The position numbers and the translations under genes are program-made. From Bacteroidales bacterium (lineage in GTDB: Bacteria > Bacteroidota > Bacteroidia > Bacteroidales > JAADJA01), in contig JAOZOC010000002.1 in the NCBI GenBank assembly GCA_029933495.1, forward strand, positions 1 to 30,477: a stretch of 30,477 nucleotides of DNA. The letters run 5' to 3'. Positions 1 through 8,290 of the stretch are shown here, in pieces (the first letter of the stretch is position 1; every line of letters starts with the position of its first letter). The notes under the pieces were generated by a model that saw nothing but the letters and a program-made list of their open reading frames with translations, was not told where the DNA came from and searched no databases.

Positions 1-1
1 A

Positions 2-295
2 AAGTGAGCCGGCAATGAACATTCCAAGCCCAAGTAAAACACCTGATTTGTATGTAAATCTTTTTATGAACAGTGCTGCAGGCAAAGCCAGCAGGAAATA
101 GGATCCGTAAAAAGCAAGTTGTATCCAGGATGTCTGGAAGTCGGTCATACTCATTATTTTCTTGAATGCTGCCAGAAGAGTATCTGTCATATTGTTTGCC
201 AGCCCCCACATCAGGAAAAGGCTTGTCAATAATATAAAAGGAATAGTGTAATTATTTCCATTAACTTTAAACAACGATACTTTTGCTTTTGTCAT
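2..295 (-). CDS. fucP: L-fucose:H+ symporter permease (MFS), N-terminal part; runs off the left edge
   Basis: Not in ORF track. Manual translation from ATG at 295: MTKAKVSLFKVNGNNYTIPFILLTSLFLMWGLANNMTDTLLAAFKKIMSMTDFQTSWIQLAFYGSYFLLALPAALFIKRFTYKSGVLLGLGMFIAGSL. FucP-type N-terminus (LFLMWG..N..D.L; Q.AFYGSYF), next to a fucosidase and a mutarotase. Confidence 0.9.
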   Translation of the reverse strand, partial: MTKAKVSLFKVNGNNYTIPFILLTSLFLMWGLANNMTDTLLAAFKKIMSMTDFQTSWIQLAFYGSYFLLALPAALFIKRFTYKSGVLLGLGMFIAGSL

Positions 296-299
296 TTCA

Positions 300-941
300 T
301 TAGTTTTTTAATGTAATTTTTCCAAAATACTCACTCCTGTGAAAAGCCGGCTCATCAGCCATTGTACTGCTCCAGCAGGCATATACTGTATCTTCTTTCG
401 TTGATTGCCAATCAGTATCTTCATGTTCTGCTTTTAATATTGTTCTGTAAAAATTCACCCTGTAAACATTAAATGCTTCCTCCCCTGATAATTTTGTGAC
501 TGCCAGCGGTATTTTCAAAAAACCTTTCCACATATCAGCTCCTTTTGTCACATTATGAGAGATGCCTGATTTCTCAGGAGAAAGCAAATCTGCCTTTAAT
601 CCGTTTCCTTTCAAGTCAGGGTTTGTTATTTTTGCAATAAAAACAGCGTTATTAGGATTAATCTCAATTTCAATATAATCAGCCGGAGGTTTACTACCCG
701 AAGCAATGAAGACTTCAAAAACTTCCTGGTGCCATAATTCGGTATTATTTTTTCTATAAGAGTTCAAATCAACAAACCGGTCATCAAGACATTCAAAGTT
801 AGCAATCAGATTCTCACCATCGTACAACAACTCCACAATTGTCATTGCTTTGATTGGTTCTCCTCCGACAGAGTTATAAAACCAGGGTTCGAGTATAACC
901 TTCTTACCTTTTTCCAACACTATTTCAGGAATCTTTGCCAT
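300..941 (-). CDS. Carbohydrate-binding family 9-like (CBM9/DOMON-like) protein, no signal peptide
   Basis: Motifs LW.QEVFEVFI, YIEIEINP.N, W.G.LKIP, YRVNFYR, W....EPAFH...YFG resemble standalone CBM9-like domains. Charged N-terminus with no hydrophobic signal. Confidence 0.7.
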   Translation of the reverse strand: MAKIPEIVLEKGKKVILEPWFYNSVGGEPIKAMTIVELLYDGENLIANFECLDDRFVDLNSYRKNNTELWHQEVFEVFIASGSKPPADYIEIEINPNNAVFIAKITNPDLKGNGLKADLLSPEKSGISHNVTKGADMWKGFLKIPLAVTKLSGEEAFNVYRVNFYRTILKAEHEDTDWQSTKEDTVYACWSSTMADEPAFHRSEYFGKITLKN

Positions 942-952
942 TTATTTCTTCA

Positions 953-1306
953 TTAATAATTTGTTTTCCCTGACAGGTCAAATATTTTATCCATCATCTG
1001 CCATTTTTCATTTGAGGAAGCATCTGGAGAGCTTTTCTGGTATTTCGACACAAACTCTTCCCACTCTGCCTGACGTGGCAATGTCGAAAGTTTTGTCATC
1101 TGTATATCCCAATCAAAATTATCAGGCACATCAACTATCATAAAGAGCCTGTTTCCCAACCTGTAAATTTCCATATTAAGAATTCCAACCTCTTTAATTC
1201 CATGAACAATCTCAGGCCATATATTCTCTGGTTTATGCCAGAAAATGTACTCTTCAATTAGTTTTGGATTATCCTTCAAATCGAGAGTCTGGCAGTATCT
1301 TTTCAT
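953..1306 (-). CDS. L-rhamnose/L-fucose mutarotase family protein
   Basis: LDLKD....IEEY..WH....WPEI...IKE.GI.NMEIY..GNRLFM...W matches the RhaM-type fold. Context suggests fucose as substrate. Confidence 0.85.
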   Translation of the reverse strand: MKRYCQTLDLKDNPKLIEEYIFWHKPENIWPEIVHGIKEVGILNMEIYRLGNRLFMIVDVPDNFDWDIQMTKLSTLPRQAEWEEFVSKYQKSSPDASSNEKWQMMDKIFDLSGKTNY

Positions 1307-1367
1307 TTTGTATTACTTTGTTAGAATTTATTTTACATTTAACCATTCTTACTTTCAAATAATCTGC

Positions 1368-1419
1368 AAGGTTGGCTAAAACCTTCCGGGATTCCAATAT
1401 TCCAGTTTTCCACCATTCC
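1368..1419. repeat. 6-bp hairpin AAGGTT-N6-AACCTT followed by an 8-nt periodic ATTCCANN tract
   Basis: AAGGTT 1368-1373 pairs with AACCTT 1380-1385. ATTCCAAT/ATTCCAGT/TTTCCACC/ATTCC at 1391-1419. Confidence 0.6.
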
Positions 1420-1423
1420 TCTC

Positions 1424-1484
1424 CTTAGTCAACGGATGACTTTCCGTCGCTCAGACCTTCTCTTAGTCATCAGTTGACTTTCCG
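1424..1484. repeat. Two 23-bp direct repeats, each an AGTCA-N5-TGACT palindrome (REP-like or operator)
   Basis: CTTAGTCAACGGATGACTTTCCG (1424-1446) and CTTAGTCATCAGTTGACTTTCCG (1462-1484); 20/23 identical. Confidence 0.85.
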
Positions 1485-1486
1485 CA

Positions 1487-2860
1487 CTAATCATTCAAAT
1501 ACAGTTCTATAACCGGTATTTCAACATTTGGCTTCACAACCGGCAGAATCAGAATAACATCCTGATCGGCTAGTTTCTCCTGATAAGTAACATTATGGCG
1601 TGGCTTCCCGAATTTTATCTCCGAAGCGTCGTGTAGAAACTGTGCATATTTAACTTTTCCTCCAAATCCTTTCAATGTCAGACGCTTTATTGGATAGTCA
1701 AGCAGATGAATGTATAGTCTATTTGTCTCCGGATTGTAGGTTAGCAAGCAGTTATCCGGTTTGGGGAAGTCGTCAGGAGCTTCTGTACAACTATATATTG
1801 AACGGTTATTATATTTCATCCATTTTCCCATTGATTCCAGTCTGTCAACAGCACGATAATCAAAAGTTCCTCTTGCGGTCGGGCCTACATTCAAAAGAAG
1901 ATTACCACCTTTACTTACAGATTCGATAAGCAGAACCAAAAGTTGCTTTGTATCTTTCCAGGTCATCTCATCACGATAATAACCCCACGAGCCAGAGAAT
2001 GTCTGGCAGGTTTCCCAGGGTACTCTTTTACCGTCTCTTTCAGGCCATTTCGATACTTTATACTGCTCAGGTGTCGTAAAATCCCAGCCTCCCTCCTTAT
2101 CCAAAAGATCAAGCCTGTCGTTTACAATAATACCGGGCTGAAGTTCCCGAACCATCTTAAGCAAATTTTCCGAATCCCAGTCATCCCGCCCTTTTCCGTG
2201 GTTTCCACCTGGGAAAGAGTAATCAAGCCAGATGATATCAATCTTCCCATAATTAGTCAGCAATTCACCAACCTGATCTTTAATATACTGTCGATAGTTA
2301 CTCATATCCCTTCCCTTATTCAGCTTGTCATATTCCTCGTCAGAAGAAGCACTTTGCGGATGATTTCTGTCGATAGTATAATCAGGATGATGCCAATCCA
2401 GCAAAGAATAGTAGAACCCAACTCCCAGGCCCTCCTCTCTGAAAGCCTCAACCCATTGTTTAATAATATCTTTTCCGTATGGAGTATTAGTTACATTGTA
2501 ATCAGTATATTTTGAATCAAACATACAGAAACCCTCATGGTGCTTGGTTGTGATGACAGCATATTTCATTCCTGCCTCTTTTGCCATTTTTGCCCATTCG
2601 TGCGGATCGAACATATCGGGATTGAAAAGCGGAAAATACTTTTCATATTCGTCATTTGTTTTTCTTTCGTACCGCTTAACCCATTCATGACGGGCCGGCA
2701 GGGCATAAAGTCCCCAGTGAATAAACATCCCGAAACGGGCATCTGTCCACCATTTCATTCTTTCAGCTTTATGTTCAGGTGACTCCACTGGCAACTGAGC
2801 TCTAATTAGAGATGAACTAATCACTGTAAAAATAAAGGCAAAAAGGATAAATTTTCTCAT
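1487..2860 (-). CDS. Alpha-L-fucosidase (GH29), secreted
   Basis: Sec signal peptide; WWTDARFGMFIHWG, KHHEGF..FDS, GFYYSLLDW, nucleophile region IIWLDYS, IVNDRL, WETCQT, SKGGNLLLNVGP. Confidence 0.95.
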   Translation of the reverse strand: MRKFILFAFIFTVISSSLIRAQLPVESPEHKAERMKWWTDARFGMFIHWGLYALPARHEWVKRYERKTNDEYEKYFPLFNPDMFDPHEWAKMAKEAGMKYAVITTKHHEGFCMFDSKYTDYNVTNTPYGKDIIKQWVEAFREEGLGVGFYYSLLDWHHPDYTIDRNHPQSASSDEEYDKLNKGRDMSNYRQYIKDQVGELLTNYGKIDIIWLDYSFPGGNHGKGRDDWDSENLLKMVRELQPGIIVNDRLDLLDKEGGWDFTTPEQYKVSKWPERDGKRVPWETCQTFSGSWGYYRDEMTWKDTKQLLVLLIESVSKGGNLLLNVGPTARGTFDYRAVDRLESMGKWMKYNNRSIYSCTEAPDDFPKPDNCLLTYNPETNRLYIHLLDYPIKRLTLKGFGGKVKYAQFLHDASEIKFGKPRHNVTYQEKLADQDVILILPVVKPNVEIPVIELYLND

Positions 2861-2932
2861 TTGTGTGTTTTTTTGAGTTTAAATAAATGTTCATTATGTT
2901 GACAAAAAAGCAGCTATGGGGGGTGTAAATAG

Positions 2933-2947
2933 TATTACAACGTAATA
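2933..2947. promoter_or_regulatory. Candidate operator TATTAC-AAC-GTAATA for the fucose operon
   Basis: Perfect 6-bp inverted repeat just downstream of the minus-strand -7 box at 2966-2973. Confidence 0.4.
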
Positions 2948-2965
2948 ATTCCTTCGCCAACGCAG

Positions 2966-2973
2966 CAAAAATA
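2966..2973 (-). promoter_or_regulatory. Bacteroidota -7 promoter element (TATTTTTG) for the fucose operon
   Basis: Matches TAnnTTTG on the minus strand about 105 nt upstream of the GH29 start. Confidence 0.6.
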
Positions 2974-3025
2974 GCAAAAAAAAGAAATCCAGTAAGAATA
3001 AAACCAAATATTCCCAGATTCAAAT

Positions 3026-3925
3026 TTAAAACTCACCAAGTATCAATTGGCCTTCCACAATATCCTTTACAAAACAGCTTATTTTCCCTGATGAAATATC
3101 TGATTTACTAACAAGCTTTTTACTAATAGGGATATCTTTACCAAAATCATTTCTTAACAGTAATGCATCTTCTTTTAACTCAGGATATTTGTAAATAACT
3201 GTCTCTTCAAGAATATCAAATTCATAAATTTTCCCGGTTTTATAATACGGATGCTCCGGCTCCAGATAGTATCCGGTTTTTGTATTTTTGAATGTGCAAC
3301 TAATACTATTGCCGATACTTATTCCATATTTTTCATAAAACTTTTCCCTAAGTAAAAACTCCCTACCCTTCTCATCTTTAATTACAAAAAACTGATACTT
3401 ATCCGAATACCGCTTTATTCGTATGACTTTGAAATGATATTTTTCGTCAGGAATAAAGCCCGTATAATCTGCTTCCGGTAAATTGGCCGGAAAAATAAAT
3501 GGTTTACCTTTTTTAATATTAATAACTTTATACTTCACTACTTCACCCACACTTAACTCATCGGAAAGGTCTTCCTTTGGAATCAATATTTCATTTCCCA
3601 GAGCATCCTGAACAATTGCACTCTCAAAAACCTCTAAACCTTCAATTCGTTTTGTGAAGCCTGATATTGTAAAATCATAAATATTGTTAAGTTTGTAAAA
3701 AGGATGTTCCGGTTCAATAAATATCCTTCCATTACAATTTATCTTATCAATGTGGCAGATTATTGTTTCTCCTGTTTTTAAATCATATTTCTTATACCAT
3801 TGTGTTTTCAGCAGATGCTTCACACCGTTGGGATCGGCAAGCTTAAAAAATTCCTCGCCATCAACACCTTCCACTATTCCTAAAATTAAAAACGGATAAA
3901 ATTTACCTTCCTCAATATTTATCAT
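3026..3925 (-). CDS. Hypothetical protein with four tandem S1/OB-fold-like modules (internal duplication)
   Basis: Two homologous halves (EPEHPFYK..IYDF.I vs EPEHPYYK..IYEF.I). Four recurring Y.F.I...D..G...(L/I)...G..I.C.V..I..G modules reminiscent of CvfB-type S1 repeats. Confidence 0.6.
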   Translation of the reverse strand: MINIEEGKFYPFLILGIVEGVDGEEFFKLADPNGVKHLLKTQWYKKYDLKTGETIICHIDKINCNGRIFIEPEHPFYKLNNIYDFTISGFTKRIEGLEVFESAIVQDALGNEILIPKEDLSDELSVGEVVKYKVINIKKGKPFIFPANLPEADYTGFIPDEKYHFKVIRIKRYSDKYQFFVIKDEKGREFLLREKFYEKYGISIGNSISCTFKNTKTGYYLEPEHPYYKTGKIYEFDILEETVIYKYPELKEDALLLRNDFGKDIPISKKLVSKSDISSGKISCFVKDIVEGQLILGEF

Positions 3926-3936
3926 ATTTTCACATT

Positions 3937-6138
3937 CTATTCATTCTCTTCTGCCAGACTACTTAATCTGATTGCTTTCTTCACCCCGTTTACTTTTAAA
4001 ATCTTATGAATCAAAGCATTCAAATGCCCAATATCTCTAACGCGGAGTTTAAATCTGCCATCAAAATTACTATCACCTTTTGACTCAATATTCACTGATA
4101 CCATATTTACTTTCAAGTCATTAGAGATAATCTGTGTTATATGACTCAAAATGCCCATTCTATCTTCACCTGTAACCCGGAGAGTAGTAAGATATGTTTT
4201 GTTTTCATCTGATTTACGCCATTTCACATCAATAATTCTGTAATTGTATTTTGACTGCAACTGAGCTGCATTAGGGCAATTTTTACGGTGGATTGTTATC
4301 CCCTTTCCAACAGTAATAAACCCAAAGACAGCATCTCCTGAAATCGGGTTGCAGCATTTGCCAAGTTCATAGTTCAGATTACCAATATCATCGCCAATAA
4401 CCATTGAATCAGCCTCATTAGTGCTAACAGGTCTAATACCCTTTTGCTCCTTTTCGGGCTCCTGCTGTTGTTCCCCAGTATCAGCCTCCTCAAGAATTTT
4501 TCTAATATCAGAAATATCAATTTTTTCAATCGCAATCAAATAATAGAGATCTATTGAAGATTTAAGTTCGTAATGTTTAATAAGCCTGTCGATAACAGAA
4601 TCGGTAAACGCTATTTTTCTATTTCTCAATTTTCTACGCAAAATCTCTTTACCTAATTCTGCTTCCTGATATTTTTCCTCTTTTAAAGAGCGTTTTATTT
4701 TGGCTTTTGCCTTATTGGTAACCACAAAGTTAAGCCAGTCGAGTTTAGGCTTCTGAGTTTTAGAGGTAATAATTTCAACCTTGTCTCCATTTTGCAATTC
4801 GTATCTAATCGGAACAATCCTATTATTAACCTTTGCTCCACTGCACATATCTCCAACACTTGTATGAATATCATAAGCAAAATCAAGCACTGTTGCTCCA
4901 GCGGGTAATTTCTTCAGGTCACCTTCCGGAGTAAAGACAAATATTTTATTCTGGTAAAGTTCAATTTTTGCCAAATCAGCTTTATCCAGTGTTTTTTGAG
5001 AAGGATTATCAATAACCGCCCTGATAGTATTCATCCACTCTTCCTGTTCCTTTTTCTCACCACCCTCTTTGTAACGCCAGTGAGCAGCAAGCCCTTGTTC
5101 AGCAATTTCGTCCATTCTCTTTGAACGAATCTGCACCTCAACCCATTTCCCGTTTGGCCCCATAACAGTAGTGTGCAATGATTCATACCCACTGGCTTTT
5201 GGAGTTGTTATCCAATCACGCAAACGTTTGGGATTTGGTTGATAACTATTGGTCACAATAGAATAGACCTTCCAACAATCTGACTTCTCATTCTTTTTGT
5301 TAGTATCAATAATTACCCTTACAGCAAAAAGATCATACACCTGGTCAAAAGGCACATTCTGCTTTTTCATCTTTTTCCAGATAGAATATATTGACTTGGG
5401 CCTTCCTTTAATATTAATTTCAAAACCATTTTTTATCAACTCCTTTTCTAAAGGATTAATAAAATCCTCAATATAAACAAGTTGTTTTTTCTTTGATTCA
5501 CGAATTTTTATTGCAATTGAAGAATAAATATCTGGATTCGTATTCTTAAGCCACAGCCCCTCCAGCTCAGCCTTAATATGGTATAAACCAAGCCTGTGCG
5601 CAATAGGAATATAAATGTGATTAACTTCGTTTATATACCTCTTTTTTTTTGCTTCAGACAATTGCTCAAAATCACGCATATCATACAATCTGTGCGCAAG
5701 TTTAATAAGAATAACCCTTATATCTTTAACAAGTGAAAGATATAACTCTCTGAAATTATTTGAATGGACCGAAATTTTTTCAGTTTGGATTAGGGACAAT
5801 CTTGTATATCCTTCCACAATAACAGCTATCTCATCTCCAAACCTGTCCCTGATGGTTTTCACGGTTACATTTTCCCCGTCAACAACATTATGAAGCAGAG
5901 AACAGATAACAGTGGTAGTCCCAAGGTTTAGCTCCTGTAAAGCAATTTTTGCAACTTCTATTGAATGATAAAGATACTCCTCTCCTGTTTCTTCCCAGTC
6001 CTGCTTATGAAAATCAAGCACAAACATAAAGGCATCACGTAATTTAGGAAGCTCCCTCTTTTTCAGGAAGGGTCTGCAAAGGCGCAGTATCTCCGAATAA
6101 TTCGATCTTATCTTCCTATTTGTTTCAGATTGTGACAT
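3937..6138 (-). CDS. relA: Long RelA/SpoT homologue ((p)ppGpp synthetase) with degenerate HD hydrolase domain; TGS, Cys-rich and ACT domains
   Basis: Synthetase motifs GRPKSIYSIWKKM, YDLFAVR, PKASGYESLHT, EVQIR, AHWRYKEG. TGS FVFTP.GD..LP.GAT.LDFAY.IH. CCNP..GD and IHR.NC. Hydrolase motifs altered (HNVVDG, KLAHRLYDMR). Confidence 0.93.
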   Translation of the reverse strand: MSQSETNRKIRSNYSEILRLCRPFLKKRELPKLRDAFMFVLDFHKQDWEETGEEYLYHSIEVAKIALQELNLGTTTVICSLLHNVVDGENVTVKTIRDRFGDEIAVIVEGYTRLSLIQTEKISVHSNNFRELYLSLVKDIRVILIKLAHRLYDMRDFEQLSEAKKKRYINEVNHIYIPIAHRLGLYHIKAELEGLWLKNTNPDIYSSIAIKIRESKKKQLVYIEDFINPLEKELIKNGFEINIKGRPKSIYSIWKKMKKQNVPFDQVYDLFAVRVIIDTNKKNEKSDCWKVYSIVTNSYQPNPKRLRDWITTPKASGYESLHTTVMGPNGKWVEVQIRSKRMDEIAEQGLAAHWRYKEGGEKKEQEEWMNTIRAVIDNPSQKTLDKADLAKIELYQNKIFVFTPEGDLKKLPAGATVLDFAYDIHTSVGDMCSGAKVNNRIVPIRYELQNGDKVEIITSKTQKPKLDWLNFVVTNKAKAKIKRSLKEEKYQEAELGKEILRRKLRNRKIAFTDSVIDRLIKHYELKSSIDLYYLIAIEKIDISDIRKILEEADTGEQQQEPEKEQKGIRPVSTNEADSMVIGDDIGNLNYELGKCCNPISGDAVFGFITVGKGITIHRKNCPNAAQLQSKYNYRIIDVKWRKSDENKTYLTTLRVTGEDRMGILSHITQIISNDLKVNMVSVNIESKGDSNFDGRFKLRVRDIGHLNALIHKILKVNGVKKAIRLSSLAEENE

Positions 6139-6156
6139 CTATAATTCTTTCGGGTG

Positions 6157-6186
6157 CAAAAATAGCTCATTTATAATGTAAACAAA
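6157..6186 (-). promoter_or_regulatory. Bacteroidota promoter for relA (-7 TATTTTTG at 6157-6164; -33 TTTG at 6183-6186)
   Basis: Both elements present with an 18-nt spacer, about 20 nt upstream of the ATG. Confidence 0.7.
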
Positions 6187-6323
6187 TAATTTTACAGAAA
6201 AGTATGAGATAACATTGAAGTGTGTTGCAAATAATCTCTGCATTAATGAATTCCAACCTTACAATTGAAGTATTACGATTAATCCCTGTTGAGTTAACAT
6301 CATCAACAAAAAAAACAACATAT

Positions 6324-6356
6324 AAAAAGCCGGGCACCACAGGAACCCGGCTTTTT
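6324..6356. terminator. Intrinsic terminator (potentially bidirectional) downstream of floA
   Basis: AAAAAGCCGGG-N11-CCCGGCTTTTT, perfect 11-bp inverted repeat with A/T tails, 19 nt after the floA stop. Confidence 0.9.
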
Positions 6357-6375
6357 AACACAAAAACGCAATTAT

Positions 6376-7380
6376 CTACTTCTTGTTATCCTTTGAACCA
6401 CCTTTAGTGGTTGTAGGAGGTTGTGCAATAGAATCTCTCATATTTGTATCTGCCTGTATGTTTTTAAATTTGTAATAATCCATAATTCCAAGATTTCCGC
6501 TCCTAAAAGCATCTGCTATAGCAAGCGGCACTTCTGCCTCAGCCTGGATTACATTTGCTCTTGCTTCCTGGGCTTTTGCTTTCATCTCCTGTTCTGTAGC
6601 AACAGCCATAGCCCTTCTTTCCTCCGCTTTAGCCTGAGCAATATTTTTATCGGCATTTGCCTGATCCATTTGTAAAGCAGCACCAATATTTTTACCAATA
6701 TCAATGTCGGCAATATCAATTGAAAGAATTTCAAAAGCAGTTCCGGAGTCAAGTCCCTTTTCCAAGACCACTCTTGAAATTGAATCAGGATTTTCAAGAA
6801 CAGATTTATGTGAATCGGCAGAACCTATGGAGGATACAACCCCTTCTCCTACTCTTGCCAGCACCGTTTCTTCTCCTGCACCACCAACAAGTTGTTTAAT
6901 ATTAGCTCTTACAGTTACTCTTGCTTTTGAAATAAGCTGAATACCATCTTTTGCCACAGCAGTAACCGGTGGAGTATCAATAACCTTTGGGTTTACCGAC
7001 ATCTGTACGGCTTCAAGTACATCACGACCAGCAAGGTCGATAGCAGTTGCAGTTTTAAAATCAAGTGCAATATTTGCCTTATCGGCAGATATCAAAGCAC
7101 TAATTACCGACCCTACATTTCCCCCTGCAAGATAATGAGCTTCCATCTCATCCCTGTTAACAGTCAGACCGGCTTTAGTAGCTGCGATCATATTCCTGAC
7201 AATTACCTGTGGTGGCACTTTCCGCCAACGCATCAGAACTAATTGGAGTAATGATATTCTTACACCAGACAACAAGGCTGTAAACCAAAGTCCTACCGGA
7301 ATAAAATAAAAAATAACCCATAGCCCAAACAAAGAGGCTATTCCAATTGCTATTACAACAAAAACACTTGCATTTTCCAT
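6376..7380 (-). CDS. floA: Flotillin-like protein FloA (YqfA family)
   Basis: N-terminal TM helix; [11 protein letters not shown]-like motif, [63 protein letters not shown]. Confidence 0.95.
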   Translation of the reverse strand: MENASVFVVIAIGIASLFGLWVIFYFIPVGLWFTALLSGVRISLLQLVLMRWRKVPPQVIVRNMIAATKAGLTVNRDEMEAHYLAGGNVGSVISALISADKANIALDFKTATAIDLAGRDVLEAVQMSVNPKVIDTPPVTAVAKDGIQLISKARVTVRANIKQLVGGAGEETVLARVGEGVVSSIGSADSHKSVLENPDSISRVVLEKGLDSGTAFEILSIDIADIDIGKNIGAALQMDQANADKNIAQAKAEERRAMAVATEQEMKAKAQEARANVIQAEAEVPLAIADAFRSGNLGIMDYYKFKNIQADTNMRDSIAQPPTTTKGGSKDNKK

Positions 7381-7384
7381 ATTA

Positions 7385-7855
7385 TTATTTTTTTAAACGT
7401 TTAACTAATATTTTATTATGATTAATTTTAATTATTTCAATTTCAGTGCCCTGATCAATAAACTCCCCATCAGAACTTACCTCAATATATACACCATTTA
7501 CATAAGCCTTTCCCATTGGAGCAAGCCTTGAAATTGTTTTTCCTGTATCTCCTGGCTTTACCTTATTTTTATCAACAACATTAACTTTGCTTCTTATTTC
7601 AGATTTCAAAGAAACCCGTTTCCAGGTTTTTGCCTGAAGAGAATAATACAATAAAATAGCTGATACTACAACTGTCGCAATAAGTGTAATGGTACCTGCT
7701 TTTCCACCATATACTGCATAAGCCTGCCAAACACCAACTATAAGTAAAACAAAACCAATAATTCCAGCTACATTTGTTCCGGGCAGCACCAGAATTTCAA
7801 GCAACAGGAATACAAAACCAACTATTATTAAAACTGCTATTATTGTCCAGGTCAT
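7385..7855 (-). CDS. Short NfeD-family membrane protein (TM helices plus C-terminal OB domain)
   Basis: LLEILVLPG...[19 protein letters not shown]...EV.S.GEFI..G..I; directly upstream of floA. Confidence 0.88.
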   Translation of the reverse strand: MTWTIIAVLIIVGFVFLLLEILVLPGTNVAGIIGFVLLIVGVWQAYAVYGGKAGTITLIATVVVSAILLYYSLQAKTWKRVSLKSEIRSKVNVVDKNKVKPGDTGKTISRLAPMGKAYVNGVYIEVSSDGEFIDQGTEIEIIKINHNKILVKRLKK

Positions 7856-7873
7856 TTTATCTTTGTTAAATTA

Positions 7874-8146
7874 TCATTTAATACTCACTGTCAACTTTCT
7901 GGCTATCATCTCATTTTTCACAGGTTTCAGTTCTAAAAGCGTTCCTGACATAACACCACACTTCCCCTTATAATGAGCTATAAATGTACATTGCTCGGCC
8001 TGAACAGGATCGTGCCCGCAGACATTAATAAGTGTTTCAATTACATAATCAAAGGTGTTTACTTCATCGTTATAAAGTATCAACTCCCTGATTTTTTCTT
8101 TTACGACTTCATTTTTTATGATTGGATTTTCTTCATGTACTGGCAT
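7874..8146 (-). CDS. clpS: ATP-dependent Clp protease adaptor ClpS
   Basis: LILYNDEVNTFDYVI..L..VC.H...QAEQC...AHYKGKC.V, the Bacteroidota-type ClpS pattern. Confidence 0.9.
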   Translation of the reverse strand: MPVHEENPIIKNEVVKEKIRELILYNDEVNTFDYVIETLINVCGHDPVQAEQCTFIAHYKGKCGVMSGTLLELKPVKNEMIARKLTVSIK

Positions 8147-8290
8147 ATCAGCCTGTTTAAAATTAAGGTCTAAAATTAGATAATTATTCTGAATTTGAAT
8201 AGATATTTTTTAAAAAATAAATCAAATCCGGTTATTTTCTAACAAACCCCTTTAAACATTAGTGTTTGTGTGTGCGAAAATTAGGAAATA

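Noticed and set aside
2817-3023. 68-aa hydrophobic minus-strand ORF between the OB-repeat gene and the fucosidase
   Set aside because: It overlaps the GH29 start, spans the promoter/operator region, and its hydrophobicity comes from T-rich promoter DNA.
5642-5650. A9 run (coding strand) in relA as a slippage or phase-variation site
   Set aside because: It encodes KKK in frame and the ORF is intact; such runs are common in this AT-rich genome.
6167-6407. ORFs 6167..6361 and 6222..6407 in the floA-relA spacer
   Set aside because: They run through the terminator hairpin and relA promoter region and have no family motifs.
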